A DNA stretch of 60,574 bases from Patescibacteria group bacterium (GTDB lineage: Bacteria > Patescibacteriota > Minisyncoccia > Phycocordibacterales > UBA12445), in contig DOAO01000006.1 in assembly GCA_003504275.1 (NCBI GenBank), positions 1,496-62,069 of the forward strand, in the 5' to 3' direction. Below the pieces are notes generated by a model. It saw only the letters and a list, made by a program, of their open reading frames with translations, made no database searches and was not told the origin of the DNA. The stretch's first letter is position 1; each line of letters opens with the position of its first letter. Positions 9,784 through 19,863 of the stretch are shown one piece after another. The position numbers and the translations under genes were made by a program.

Positions 9784-10290
9784 ATGAAAAAAGTTATTGT
9801 AAACGACTTAATGCAAAATGGGTATACGTACGAACTTACGGAGCCTGTTGGTAAAAATTTTGCAAAAGATTTTAAGCCTCAGCTCACACCCAAAGAGATG
9901 CTTTCTCTTGGGGTTTTCGGTGGTAAGTATATGACCGACTGTAAAAAAGAATTTCCTGATGATTGGTATAAAAAGGCGAAGTTGTGTCACAAAAAGCACG
10001 ACCCGGAATTGAATTATTTTGGCGTTAATGCAAGTCAGCCACTTTCTGTTTGGCGTGAAAAAGGCTGGATAAACGAAAAGCATGACCCGCGAGGATGGTT
10101 TCAGTGGTACTGTAGATATTACATGGGGAGGCGTTTGCCGGAGGAGGATCTGAAACAAATAAAGAGATGGAAAGCTATTGCCCGTCATATCGCACAAGTA
10201 AAGAAAAATTGCAGAGCGGGGGATCTTAATTGCAGACGTAAACAAAGGCAGTCGCTTTTGCACTGGGCTGTAGATGGCAGAAAATTATAA
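9784..10290 (+). CDS. Conserved hypothetical protein (GVFGGKY...DPRGWFQWYCRYY family)
   Basis: Clean 168-aa ORF rich in Trp/Cys/His motifs. TATAAT lies 8 nt upstream of the ATG. Confidence 0.75.
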   Translation: MKKVIVNDLMQNGYTYELTEPVGKNFAKDFKPQLTPKEMLSLGVFGGKYMTDCKKEFPDDWYKKAKLCHKKHDPELNYFGVNASQPLSVWREKGWINEKHDPRGWFQWYCRYYMGRRLPEEDLKQIKRWKAIARHIAQVKKNCRAGDLNCRRKQRQSLLHWAVDGRKL

Positions 10291-10310
10291 TAATAATAAA
10301 TTAAATTAAT

Positions 10311-10718
10311 ATGAAAAATATCATTTGGATAAAAGAATACAGTGTTGAAATAAAAGAAATAGATGAACAGCATCAGCATTTTTTCAGCGTATTAAATGAA
10401 TTGAATACTGCTATTTATGCAGGAAAAGAAAAAGAGTGGATGGGACACGTTTTTGACCAGTTGGATGGATATGCTAGATTTCATTTTGCAACAGAAGAGA
10501 AGCTTTTTGATTCTGTTAAGTATGAATATACCGATGCTCACATAGAGAAACATGATGAATTTAGAAAAAAACTCGAAGAATTTAGGAGGGGTTTTGAAAT
10601 TAGCAAAGAAGGTATCAGTGGGGAACTTGTTAAGTTTTTGGAAGAGTGGTTTGTGGAGCATATTATGAAAGTTGATAAAATGTACACAAAAACTTTCCAC
10701 GATCACGGAATATTCTAG
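10311..10718 (+). CDS. Bacteriohemerythrin
   Basis: IDEQH, HFATEE, HIEKH, WFVEHIMKVD di-iron ligand pattern. Confidence 0.9.
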   Translation: MKNIIWIKEYSVEIKEIDEQHQHFFSVLNELNTAIYAGKEKEWMGHVFDQLDGYARFHFATEEKLFDSVKYEYTDAHIEKHDEFRKKLEEFRRGFEISKEGISGELVKFLEEWFVEHIMKVDKMYTKTFHDHGIF

Positions 10719-10802
10719 CTAGATTTTTTGGGGATATATAAAAGGGGAGCGTTGTGGCACTCCCCAATGAGACATGTTTATTGTCTTGTCTCGAAGACTA
10801 AG

Positions 10803-10853
10803 TTATCTACCTTGGCAACAATGCGCTATTCTCGGAATCAGAAATCTCTTCAT
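10803..10853 (-). CDS. Candidate 16-aa microprotein MKRFLIPRIAHCCQGR
   Basis: SD AAAGGAGGTG at 10861-10870 and a downstream GC hairpin at 10744-10765. Too short for the ORF track. Confidence 0.3.
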   Translation of the reverse strand: MKRFLIPRIAHCCQGR

Positions 10854-10928
10854 CTTTCATCACCTCCTTTTTACTTTTGCTTTTCTGGTCACAAGCTACT
10901 ACTTCTCATAAAAAAAGCAAGATATTTT

Positions 10929-11405
10929 TTATTTTTTCGAAACCACAGCCATCCACCGGAGTTGCATATCGGAACTTTTTGTCGGATATTTGAAATCCTT
11001 ATAATTGTGCCACATCTTTAAGAAAAAATGTTTTTTTGCCCAATCTATCTTACCAAGGTAAGGATCGGCGTAATATATTCTCTTCTCTGTAACTTTTTCT
11101 AATACACTATAGTGCTCGATATATCCGTTATACATCCATAGTAAAATAATCACGTTTTCAGGTGTGTTCTTATTGTTAAGATTATCCCAGGAATTTCCGT
11201 GCTTGGCTTGTACCCTAAGCCCCATTTTTTCTATTGTTCGTATCATTTTGTCTGTAGTCATGCCTTCTTCTCTCGTATAATTGGACATTTTGGCTAGTTC
11301 TTTATAAGAATAGCCAAGGTTAAAATAGTCCGAGAGCATTTTTAGGGAAGTCGGTCCACAGTCGGCACAATTCTTTTGTTTGGCTGTCTTTATTTTCATT
11401 CGCAC
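10929..11405 (-). CDS. Cysteine peptidase, C39-like family
   Basis: Q...DCGPTSL, EHYSV and YADP catalytic pattern. Confidence 0.8.
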   Translation of the reverse strand: MRMKIKTAKQKNCADCGPTSLKMLSDYFNLGYSYKELAKMSNYTREEGMTTDKMIRTIEKMGLRVQAKHGNSWDNLNNKNTPENVIILLWMYNGYIEHYSVLEKVTEKRIYYADPYLGKIDWAKKHFFLKMWHNYKDFKYPTKSSDMQLRWMAVVSKK

Positions 11406-11493
11406 CTTATAACATACTTTATAAATATAGTAAAGCCTGACAATGCTATTTCCCTTTATTTTTAACTCAAGAATGGGGTATAATTAAAAGACG

Positions 11494-12144
11494 ATGAAAA
11501 TATTTGATAATAAAAAGCTGTTTATATTTATTTTAACCCTTATTTCAGTTGGTTTTGTGTATGGGAATTTTGTTTACCAGCTAGATTTTGGTTTTGATAA
11601 TTTGTTGAGCGGTATCAGAACACCCGCCCTTTTGAGCTTTTTTGGCTACATTACGCTTCTTGGAGATAAATATTTTATAGTTATTCTGGGTGTTATCTTG
11701 TCGTATCTTATTTATAGGTTTTGGACTAAAGATACATTTTTATTGAAAATATTTTGGGTCGCACTCATCTTGAATATGATTTCCGGATTTTTGATTAAAT
11801 ATTTTGTTGGTAGGGACAGGCCATTAGGTGCGGAGATCTACGAAGGATATACTTATTCTTTTCCAAGTGGACACTCTTTGGCAGCCTTATTTGTTTATGG
11901 TTTTATCGCTGTTCTTGTTTTAAAGACACGGGAGATTAACATTAAGAAAAGGTATGCGTCTGCTATTTTTTCTGCATTGATAATTTTATTGATTGGATTT
12001 AGTCGTCTTTACTTGGGAGTTCATTATTTGAGTGATGTTGTGGGGGGGTATTTTGTTGGTTGGTTTTGGTTAAATTTTCTAGTCTCTTTTCTAAAAGATA
12101 TTGAAAGGGAGAAAGACTTAAATACAGTCAAAGTTGCCTCTTAG
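11494..12144 (+). CDS. PAP2-family membrane phosphatase
   Basis: K...GRDRP, SFPSGHS, SRLYLGVHYLSDV. Confidence 0.9.
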   Translation: MKIFDNKKLFIFILTLISVGFVYGNFVYQLDFGFDNLLSGIRTPALLSFFGYITLLGDKYFIVILGVILSYLIYRFWTKDTFLLKIFWVALILNMISGFLIKYFVGRDRPLGAEIYEGYTYSFPSGHSLAALFVYGFIAVLVLKTREINIKKRYASAIFSALIILLIGFSRLYLGVHYLSDVVGGYFVGWFWLNFLVSFLKDIEREKDLNTVKVAS

Positions 12145-12410
12145 TTTTTTATCATCATTTAATCCTTTAAATACTTGATATTCTAACACCCTCTTTTACT
12201 CAAAAAAAAATTTGTTTTACAACGGTTATCCACACCGTTGTTTTTATTTTTTTGGAATAAAATGAAACTATTATTAGTAGTTTTATTTTTATCCGCCAAA
12301 ATTTTTCGCCCAGCAAAAAAGGAAAAGGTCGGGCGAATTGTAATTAAATATAATCGAGTTGATTATATTTTAATTAACAAGAAAACTTAAGAGAATATCT
12401 AAAAAATAAA

Positions 12411-14723
12411 ATGCCAGAAGAAAAGAAAATCAATAAAAAGAAGCCGACTAAGATGCCAACGAAGATGGTTAAAAGAGACGGAACCGTCGTCGAATTTGAT
12501 ATAAATAGAATTACTAATGCTGTTTCAAAAGCGATGGAGGTTGCTAAGGAGGGCAAAGAGGAAGACGCTCGTTTTGTGGCTCATTCAGTGGTAAAAGAGC
12601 TTGCTACCATGATAGCTGACGATAGGAGCTATATACCAACCGTTGAAGACACCCAAGATATAATAGAGAACGAACTCATTATGATGAGTTATCCGAAGAC
12701 AGCTAAAGCATTCATTATATACAGAGAGAAAAGGGCAGAGTTAAGAAGACAGACCGGGGCTGTTGTGCATGAGGAGGTTCGTAGACTAGTAAATGAAAGC
12801 AAAAAATATTTTAGAAATCCTTTGTCTGAGTTTGTCTTTTACAGCTCATATTCCAAATGGATACCAGAAAAAGGAAGGAGGGAGACTTGGCTTGAGACTG
12901 TGGGTAGATATGTCGATTTTATGAAAGAAAATCTCGGCAAGAAAATGTCAGAAGAAGAATATGAAGAAGTAAGGTCTTATATGTTGTCAATGAAGACCTT
13001 GGGTTCTATGAGATTACTGTGGGCTGCTGGTAAGGCGACAAGATCTACTAATGTTGCTGCTTATAACTGTGCATTTGTCGCTCCCAAATGTTGGCAGGAT
13101 TTTGGCGAGATAATGTATGTTTTGATGTGTGGTACTGGTATTGGTTTTTCTGTTGAGAGACAAAACGTTGAAATGTTGCCAATAATAAAAAGACAGACTG
13201 GAAAGAAATTACCAAAGCATTTTGTAGAAGATAGCAAAGAGGGTTGGGCTAATGCGTTCGTATTAGGACTAAATACGTGGGCCGAAGGAGGTGATGTAGA
13301 ATTTGATTATTCTAAAGTAAGGCCACAGGGTGCGAGACTTGCTACTATGGGAGGTAGAGCATCCGGTCCCGAGCCACTCAAGGCGTTGCTTGATTTTTCT
13401 CGAAGTAAAATTATGTCTAGGCAAGGGAGGCATCTAACGACCCTTGATGTTCACGATATTGTATGTAAAACAGGAGAAGTTGTAGTTATGGGTGGGGTTA
13501 GGAGAAGTGCCCTTATATCTCTTTCTGAGTTAGATGATCCCGAAATGCGCGATGCAAAAAGTGGACAATTTTATTTGGCTCACCCAGAGAGAAGCATGGC
13601 CAATAATTCAGTTGTATACAACGAAAAGCCCACCGTGGTTCAATTTTTGGAGGAGTGGATAAGCTTAATGAAGTCCGGTTCTGGTGAGAGGGGTATATTT
13701 AACAGAGGAAGCCTTTTTAAGCAAATGCCAGAGAGAAGGTGGAAATTATTCGAGAAAGATTCTTATGATAGTGGTATAAATCCATGCGGAGAGATAATTT
13801 TAAGATCAAAACAATTTTGTAATCTCAGTGAGATCGTTGCTAGAAAAGAGGACACAGAAAAAACGCTTATCGAAAAAGCCAGAATCGCTGCCATTTTGGG
13901 AACTTATCAGGCAACACTGACTAAATTCCCCTACCTCTCTAAAGAGTGGAAGAGGAATTGTGAAGAAGAAGCGCTTCTCGGAGTATCAATAACTGGACAG
14001 TGGGACTGTAAAGCTGTGCGTGATCCAAAGACACTTGAAAAAATGAAGACTATGGTTATTGAAACAAATAAAAAATATGCAAAGAAGTTTGGTATTAATC
14101 CTGCGACCGCGGCCACTTGTGTTAAGCCGTCTGGAAATGGTTCTCAATTATTTGATTCCTCGTCCGGTTGTCATCCAAGACATTCTAAATATTATTTAAG
14201 AAGAGTTAGGGTAGAGAATCACAATCCGTTATTTATGATGCTTAAAGATATGGGCGTTCCATATTCTCCCGAGGTTGGACAGGATGAAAATAATGCCAAA
14301 ACATATGTTTTAGAATTTCCAATAAAATCTCCCGATGGCGCAATTGTTAAAAATGATCTTTCTGCAATCGACCAGCTTGAATATTGGAAAATTCTGAAAT
14401 TGAATTTTACAGAGCATAATCCTTCTGTAACAATATCCGTAAGTAATGGAGAATGGTTGAAGGTTGGAAGTGCTGTTTATGACAATTGGGATATTGTTGG
14501 TGGTTTATCTTTCTTACCTAGAGATGAGCATGTGTACAGATTGGCGCCATATGAAACCATTACTGAAGAGGAATATAAAAAAAGGGCAGCAGTATTTCCA
14601 GAGATAGATTTTTCTAAGTTGGTTCTGTATGAATATGATGATCAGACCAAAGGTTCTAAAGAGTTAGCCTGTACCGCCGGTCTTTGTGAAATAGAACCAT
14701 TGCCGGACGGAAATAAAAAATAA
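12411..14723 (+). CDS. nrdJ: Class II (adenosylcobalamin-dependent) ribonucleotide reductase with N-terminal ATP-cone
   Basis: ATP-cone VKRDG...FDINRITNAV, then YNCAF, GGVRRSALI, NPCGEI, CVKPSG and C-terminal ACTAGLCEI. Confidence 0.9.
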   Translation: MPEEKKINKKKPTKMPTKMVKRDGTVVEFDINRITNAVSKAMEVAKEGKEEDARFVAHSVVKELATMIADDRSYIPTVEDTQDIIENELIMMSYPKTAKAFIIYREKRAELRRQTGAVVHEEVRRLVNESKKYFRNPLSEFVFYSSYSKWIPEKGRRETWLETVGRYVDFMKENLGKKMSEEEYEEVRSYMLSMKTLGSMRLLWAAGKATRSTNVAAYNCAFVAPKCWQDFGEIMYVLMCGTGIGFSVERQNVEMLPIIKRQTGKKLPKHFVEDSKEGWANAFVLGLNTWAEGGDVEFDYSKVRPQGARLATMGGRASGPEPLKALLDFSRSKIMSRQGRHLTTLDVHDIVCKTGEVVVMGGVRRSALISLSELDDPEMRDAKSGQFYLAHPERSMANNSVVYNEKPTVVQFLEEWISLMKSGSGERGIFNRGSLFKQMPERRWKLFEKDSYDSGINPCGEIILRSKQFCNLSEIVARKEDTEKTLIEKARIAAILGTYQATLTKFPYLSKEWKRNCEEEALLGVSITGQWDCKAVRDPKTLEKMKTMVIETNKKYAKKFGINPATAATCVKPSGNGSQLFDSSSGCHPRHSKYYLRRVRVENHNPLFMMLKDMGVPYSPEVGQDENNAKTYVLEFPIKSPDGAIVKNDLSAIDQLEYWKILKLNFTEHNPSVTISVSNGEWLKVGSAVYDNWDIVGGLSFLPRDEHVYRLAPYETITEEEYKKRAAVFPEIDFSKLVLYEYDDQTKGSKELACTAGLCEIEPLPDGNKK

Positions 14724-14768
14724 TAAATTAATCGGCGTTATATCAAATAAAATTTAAAAAAGTGCAGA

Positions 14769-14798
14769 GAAAAACCCGCAGTTTAGTGCGGGTTTTTC
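14769..14798. terminator. Bidirectional intrinsic terminator between nrdJ and rnpB
   Basis: GAAAAACCCGCA-gtttag-TGCGGGTTTTTC. Confidence 0.75.
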
Positions 14799-14800
14799 AT

Positions 14801-15223
14801 TTGTCTGTGCCTATAAGCCGAATTCTGTTTAGATAATTATTTATCTGGTCCTGATATTACTATCAGGATCTAGCGGCACTTCCCCTATCAGTTCTTTGAA
14901 CTGATGGGGGATACGGCCTTGCACTCTGGTAAGGATTTTGCCGTTTCACTTCCTCTGTCTCTAGAGGATTGCACCTCCGAAAATTACTCGCGTAACCTTT
15001 GGGGTGGATATTGATTTTCATCAAGATCCGTCACTGTTCGCACCTCGGCGATTACTCGCGGTGGGGATTACCCACTACCATTAAATGAGCGTTCGGACTT
15101 TCCTACCCGCTCCAGTTTTTTCTGATTTTCGAGCAAAGGAGGCTCAACCTCTTTTTCAGGAGGTTGAGCCTCCACGAAAATAAGAAAGAACTGGAGCGGA
15201 TCAATTATCCGGCACAGGCGAAC
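14801..15223 (-). ncRNA. rnpB: RNase P RNA
   Basis: The minus strand has the P4 signatures AGGAAAGTCC and ACAGAATTCGGCTTA. P1 pairs 15211-15223 with 14801-14811. Confidence 0.93.
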
Positions 15224-15322
15224 ATATATTAACAACAAAAATACGGTCTGTCTAGTTTGTGTTAGTGTCTTTAAATATTAAAATTAAGTTTGTTAGTTTT
15301 AAATTATTAATTTTTTTAAAAA

Positions 15323-17764
15323 ATGATGGACAAAAATATCATAGACGGTACCCCTTCTTCTTCTGGTGAACAGGGAATGAAAGTAGATTCTCATTATGGA
15401 GATCAGATTACTCCCAGGGTTTTGTCCTTAATGGAAAAAATTTCTTTTTGGTTATTGATGGCCACTTGTTTTTTGCTACCAATTTTTATTTATAATCCAT
15501 TTCCCGGTTTTTCTATGGATTTTGGTAAAAAGGCCATATTATTTTCTGGGGCTATTATTTCTTTAATGTTTTGGCTTCTTGCAAGATTTGAAGATGGAAA
15601 GTTGTCTATTCCTGGGGGAATGTTTGCTAAGAGTTCAACCTTATTACTTTTTTCTTTTATTTTATCTTCTTTTTTGTCTCCAGGAATCGGTAAAAATTTT
15701 TATAATTCGTTGTTTGGAATGGGGCTTGATACAGACACCCTTTCTGTTTTTATAGCGGTTTTTATCTTGATGTTTTTGTCGTCCATATATTTTCAAAATA
15801 TGAAGAGGTTGTCTTATTTTTACACAAGTTTATTCTTATCTTTTGTAATAGTTTTTGTTGCTGAAGTTGTTCAGTTTTATTACGCCGGAAGTTTTATGCC
15901 TGGGTCAGGGGTTACCTCAAATATGATTGGCAAGTGGAATGATCTTGGAATATTTTTTGGTCTTTGCGTTGTGATGTCTTTGGCTACTATTGAGTTAATG
16001 CACTTAAATTTTTATTCGAGAATGTTTATTTGGTCTGTCCTTGTATTATCTGTCTTTTCTGTCGCTGTGGTTAACTATTCAGCTGTTTGGGTTACTGTTG
16101 GTGCTGTTTCTCTTTTGGTATTTGTTTATGTTATGTTTTTTAACATAGACAAGACTCATTCTGGACATTCAAAAATAAAAATACTTTATCGTCCTTCTTT
16201 TGTTGTTATTCTGCTTTGCGTTATTATGTTTTTTGCTCAGACAAAGATTGGTGAGATACTCGCTAAGTACAGTGTAGTCAACCTAGATGTTAGACCATCC
16301 TTGTCTGCAACTCTTAATATCGCCCAAAATACCTACAGAGAAGGATGGAGAAGTATGTTGTTTGGGTCGGGGCCAAATAATTTTTCTGGACAGTGGCTTA
16401 AATTTAAACCTAACGTTGTTAACGATACTATTTTTTGGAATGTTGATTTTAATATGGGGGTGGGGAAAATACCTTCTTATTTTGTTACGCTTGGGTTAGT
16501 GGGGGTATTAGCTTGGATATTATTTTTGTGTACTATTTTATATTATGGATTTAGAACTGTTTTATACTCTAATATCCCAAGATCTTCCAGGTTTATGGTA
16601 TTTCTTTCTTTAGTGTCGGCTGTTTATCTCTGGTTGTTTTCTTTTGTTTATGTTTCTGAAGTCGTTGTATTCACTCTGACTTTTTTGGCAACCGGTGTCC
16701 TTGTTGCTTCGCTTATATATGTAGGAACCATAAAAAGCTTTGAATTTTCTTTCTTAAAAGACCCAAGATTAGGTTTTGTTTCTGTTTTGATATTGGTTGT
16801 TCTTGTGGTGTTTGGAATATCTAGTGGTTATTCTATTTATAATAAGTTTGCGTCCAACTATTTGTTCCAAAAGAGTATGTATTCTTTAAATTCATCCGGT
16901 GACTTTGATGCCGCATTAGAAAATATTAAATCAGCTGTTTCTTATAATGAACAGGATGTTTATTATAGAACAATATCTGAAATAAATTTAAATAAATTGA
17001 GTAAATTTATTTCTAATAACAAAATGGACAAAGATGACGTTTCTCTGATTAGGCAAATGATAACTGATGCTTATGCTGCGGCCAATACCGCGATAAAATT
17101 AGACAGTTTAAATTATTTGAATTGGGTCGCACTTGGTAGGGTTGGCGAGGCGGTTGTTCCTTTGGGGGTCGTTGATGGTTCTTATGGTCGTGCATCTGAT
17201 TCTTATAAAAAAGCATTAGAACTTAACCCAAAAAATCCTACTATATTGTTAGATATGGCTCGTCTAGAAATAGCAAGTAATAATATTCCTAAGGCAAAAG
17301 AATATTTAACATCAGCCATATCTCTTAAGAGTAATTTTACAGCTGCGATATATCTTCTTTCTCAAATAGAGGCTAGTGAGGGTAATCTCGTTGGTGCTAT
17401 AGCTAAGGCTGAACAGGCATATTTGTTTGCTCCAGATGATTTGGGGATCCTCTTTCAACTCGGATTCTTAAAATTTTCAAATCGTGACTATGAGGGGGCC
17501 ATTATTGCACTAGAAAGAGCGGAGTCTATAAATCCTCAATACTCTAATGCGAAATATTTTTTGGGATTAAGCTATTCTAAGATTGGGAAAAATAGTCAAG
17601 CGATAAAGCAGTTTAGAGATATTAGTGCGCTGAATCCTGATAATCAGGAGATTAAGAACATTATTAATAATCTTTTACAAGGCAAGGAACCTTTTGCCAC
17701 TGCGATATCTGCGGAAATCAATCCGATTAAAAAAGGAAAATTACCTATTAAAGAAACTGAGTAA
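15323..17764 (+). CDS. Multi-pass membrane protein (O-antigen-ligase-like) with C-terminal TPR repeats
   Basis: Many TM segments, FGSGPNNF loop, TPR motifs (YKKALELNPKNP, AESINPQYSNAKYFLG). Confidence 0.75.
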   Translation: MMDKNIIDGTPSSSGEQGMKVDSHYGDQITPRVLSLMEKISFWLLMATCFLLPIFIYNPFPGFSMDFGKKAILFSGAIISLMFWLLARFEDGKLSIPGGMFAKSSTLLLFSFILSSFLSPGIGKNFYNSLFGMGLDTDTLSVFIAVFILMFLSSIYFQNMKRLSYFYTSLFLSFVIVFVAEVVQFYYAGSFMPGSGVTSNMIGKWNDLGIFFGLCVVMSLATIELMHLNFYSRMFIWSVLVLSVFSVAVVNYSAVWVTVGAVSLLVFVYVMFFNIDKTHSGHSKIKILYRPSFVVILLCVIMFFAQTKIGEILAKYSVVNLDVRPSLSATLNIAQNTYREGWRSMLFGSGPNNFSGQWLKFKPNVVNDTIFWNVDFNMGVGKIPSYFVTLGLVGVLAWILFLCTILYYGFRTVLYSNIPRSSRFMVFLSLVSAVYLWLFSFVYVSEVVVFTLTFLATGVLVASLIYVGTIKSFEFSFLKDPRLGFVSVLILVVLVVFGISSGYSIYNKFASNYLFQKSMYSLNSSGDFDAALENIKSAVSYNEQDVYYRTISEINLNKLSKFISNNKMDKDDVSLIRQMITDAYAAANTAIKLDSLNYLNWVALGRVGEAVVPLGVVDGSYGRASDSYKKALELNPKNPTILLDMARLEIASNNIPKAKEYLTSAISLKSNFTAAIYLLSQIEASEGNLVGAIAKAEQAYLFAPDDLGILFQLGFLKFSNRDYEGAIIALERAESINPQYSNAKYFLGLSYSKIGKNSQAIKQFRDISALNPDNQEIKNIINNLLQGKEPFATAISAEINPIKKGKLPIKETE

Positions 17765-17778
17765 AAGATTACAGGTAG

Positions 17779-19467
17779 ATGGTCAAAAAAATATTAAAAA
17801 TTCTTAATTGGGAAGTCAGCGGTCTCCATGAGGCCGCTTTTCTTCTTGGGGTATCCGCTCTTTCTTCTCAGTTTTTAGCTTTATTTAGAGACAGGCTTTT
17901 GGCTAGTAATTTTGGTGCAAGTCGCTCGTTGGATATTTATTATGCATCATTTAGAGTGCCGGACCTTCTTTTTATATCCGTTGGTTCTTTTTTGGCTGTA
18001 ACGGTTATGATACCGATGATAATTTCCAAAATAGAAACAGGAGGAGATGAGGGGCTTTGTAAAGCTCAGGGTTTTTTGAGTCAAATTCTCACAGTTTTCT
18101 CAGTAACGATGGTGTTTTTTAGTTTTATCGCATTTATTTTTATGCCTCAAATATCATCAATAATAACACCGGGGTTTGATGTTGAATCTAAAGAGATGGT
18201 TGTTTTGTTGAGTCGTATTCTGCTCCTGTCCCCATTTTTCCTGGGCTTATCAAATCTACTCGGAAGCGTTACCCAGTCTTTTAAAAAGTTTTTAGTTTAT
18301 GCGTTAAGTCCAATTTTTTATAATCTAGGTATAATTTTTGGTATTTTATTTTTGTACCCAATGTTTGGATTATCGGGGTTGGCGATGGGAGTAGTATTGG
18401 GTGCTTTTGTGCATTTTGCTATTCAGATACCTATTGTATTCAAGATGGGAATGCTTCCGTCTCTAACTTTTAATATTGATTTTAAAGAAATAAAAAAGGT
18501 TTCCGTTCTGTCTTTTCCTCGAACTTTAGCCCTGGGAATAAATCAACTCGCCATAATGTTTCTTATCGCCGAGGGGTCATTTATGAAAGATGGTTCCATT
18601 TCTATTTTTAATTTTTCATATAATTTACAATCAGTTCCTCTGGCTGTTATCGGTGTAAGCTATTCCGTAGCTGCGCTTCCGGAATTGAGTCGTATTTTTT
18701 CTAAAAATAATGTATCAGAATTTGTAAAATATATTGAGGGAGCTTTTAATCATATAGTTTTTTGGTCTATTCCGATAACTGTTCTTTTTATTGTACTTCG
18801 AGCTCAGATAGTGAGAACTATTTTGGGGGCAGGAATGTTTAGCTGGAATGATACAAAGCTGACTATCGCCGCACTCGCTATTTTTTCCGTTTCAGTGATC
18901 GCACAAAATCTTATTCAGCTTTTGGACCGTGTTTATTATGCTACTGGGCATACAACCAAACCTGTTTTGACCAAGATAGCATCATCGGTACTAATAGTTG
19001 TTTTGGCATATTTTTTTGTTGATGTATTTTCTTCTAATAATTTTTTTAGAAAAACATTGGAGTTTGTTTTAAGGGTTGATGATGTTCCCGGTACTGAAAT
19101 ATTAATGTTGCCATTGGCCTTTTCTCTTGGAACCATGTTTAATCTTGTATCTCTCTTTATTATGTTTACTTTTGATTTTGATTCATTTTCAAAAAGGTTC
19201 AGAACAACAATTCTACAGGTGGGAAGTGCTTCTTTATCCATGGGCGCGGTCTCTTATTGGATACTTGGTCACATGTCTCTTGTTTTTGAGATAGATACTC
19301 TTTGGGAAATATTCTTGCAAGGGTTTGTTGCCGGTATTACTGGTATTTTAGTTAATATAATAATACTTAAGTTGATAAAGAGCTCAGAGTATCTAGAAAT
19401 AGAAAATTCCCTGGGAAAGAAGTTCTGGAAATCAGAAACGGTTTTGCCAAGCCCGGAGGAAATATAG
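17779..19467 (+). CDS. murJ: Lipid II flippase MurJ/MviN
   Basis: LALFRDRLLASNFGA, DIYYASFRVPD, YNLQSVPLAVIGVS. Confidence 0.9.
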   Translation: MVKKILKILNWEVSGLHEAAFLLGVSALSSQFLALFRDRLLASNFGASRSLDIYYASFRVPDLLFISVGSFLAVTVMIPMIISKIETGGDEGLCKAQGFLSQILTVFSVTMVFFSFIAFIFMPQISSIITPGFDVESKEMVVLLSRILLLSPFFLGLSNLLGSVTQSFKKFLVYALSPIFYNLGIIFGILFLYPMFGLSGLAMGVVLGAFVHFAIQIPIVFKMGMLPSLTFNIDFKEIKKVSVLSFPRTLALGINQLAIMFLIAEGSFMKDGSISIFNFSYNLQSVPLAVIGVSYSVAALPELSRIFSKNNVSEFVKYIEGAFNHIVFWSIPITVLFIVLRAQIVRTILGAGMFSWNDTKLTIAALAIFSVSVIAQNLIQLLDRVYYATGHTTKPVLTKIASSVLIVVLAYFFVDVFSSNNFFRKTLEFVLRVDDVPGTEILMLPLAFSLGTMFNLVSLFIMFTFDFDSFSKRFRTTILQVGSASLSMGAVSYWILGHMSLVFEIDTLWEIFLQGFVAGITGILVNIIILKLIKSSEYLEIENSLGKKFWKSETVLPSPEEI

Positions 19468-19585
19468 GGAATAATTAAGAACCCCAGGAGGAAAGTTCGC
19501 ATAACTTATTGCTTTATATTACCAATACTACTCAGTAGTCGCCTACGGCTACTTCCTCTATAATATTAACTTTATCTATAAACTT

Positions 19586-19800
19586 CCTACGGGGCAGGTT
19601 AGGAATTAAGAATTACGAATTAAAACCCCACTACCGTTATCCGCCAATTGAACGTCTTTGCGAAGGCTTTAGTCCGTGGCAATCCAGTTTTTGTGTGTTA
19701 TTCCGATCTTATCGAGGGTCGCCGAGACATAGGCGACATCTGTAGACGAAATCCCTTATGCTCTCGCCGTCTTTGCGAGAGCGAAGCTCGCGGTAATCCG
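19586..19800. repeat. Intergenic cluster of short palindromic units
   Basis: CCTACGGGGCAGG (19586-19598), CGTCTTTGCG...GCAATCCAG (19653-19687), a 32-nt unit (19717-19748), CGTCTTTGCG...GTAATCCG (19768-19800). Confidence 0.7.
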
Positions 19801-19863
19801 GAGTGAATATTCTTCGGGAGCTTGTCCTTCCGCCTTTTAACATATATATTATATGGACAATAC

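Noticed and set aside
19600-19623. Short AAGAATT-like tandem runs (also 53041-53068)
   Set aside because: Only 3-4 degenerate units in AT-rich DNA, too weak to call.
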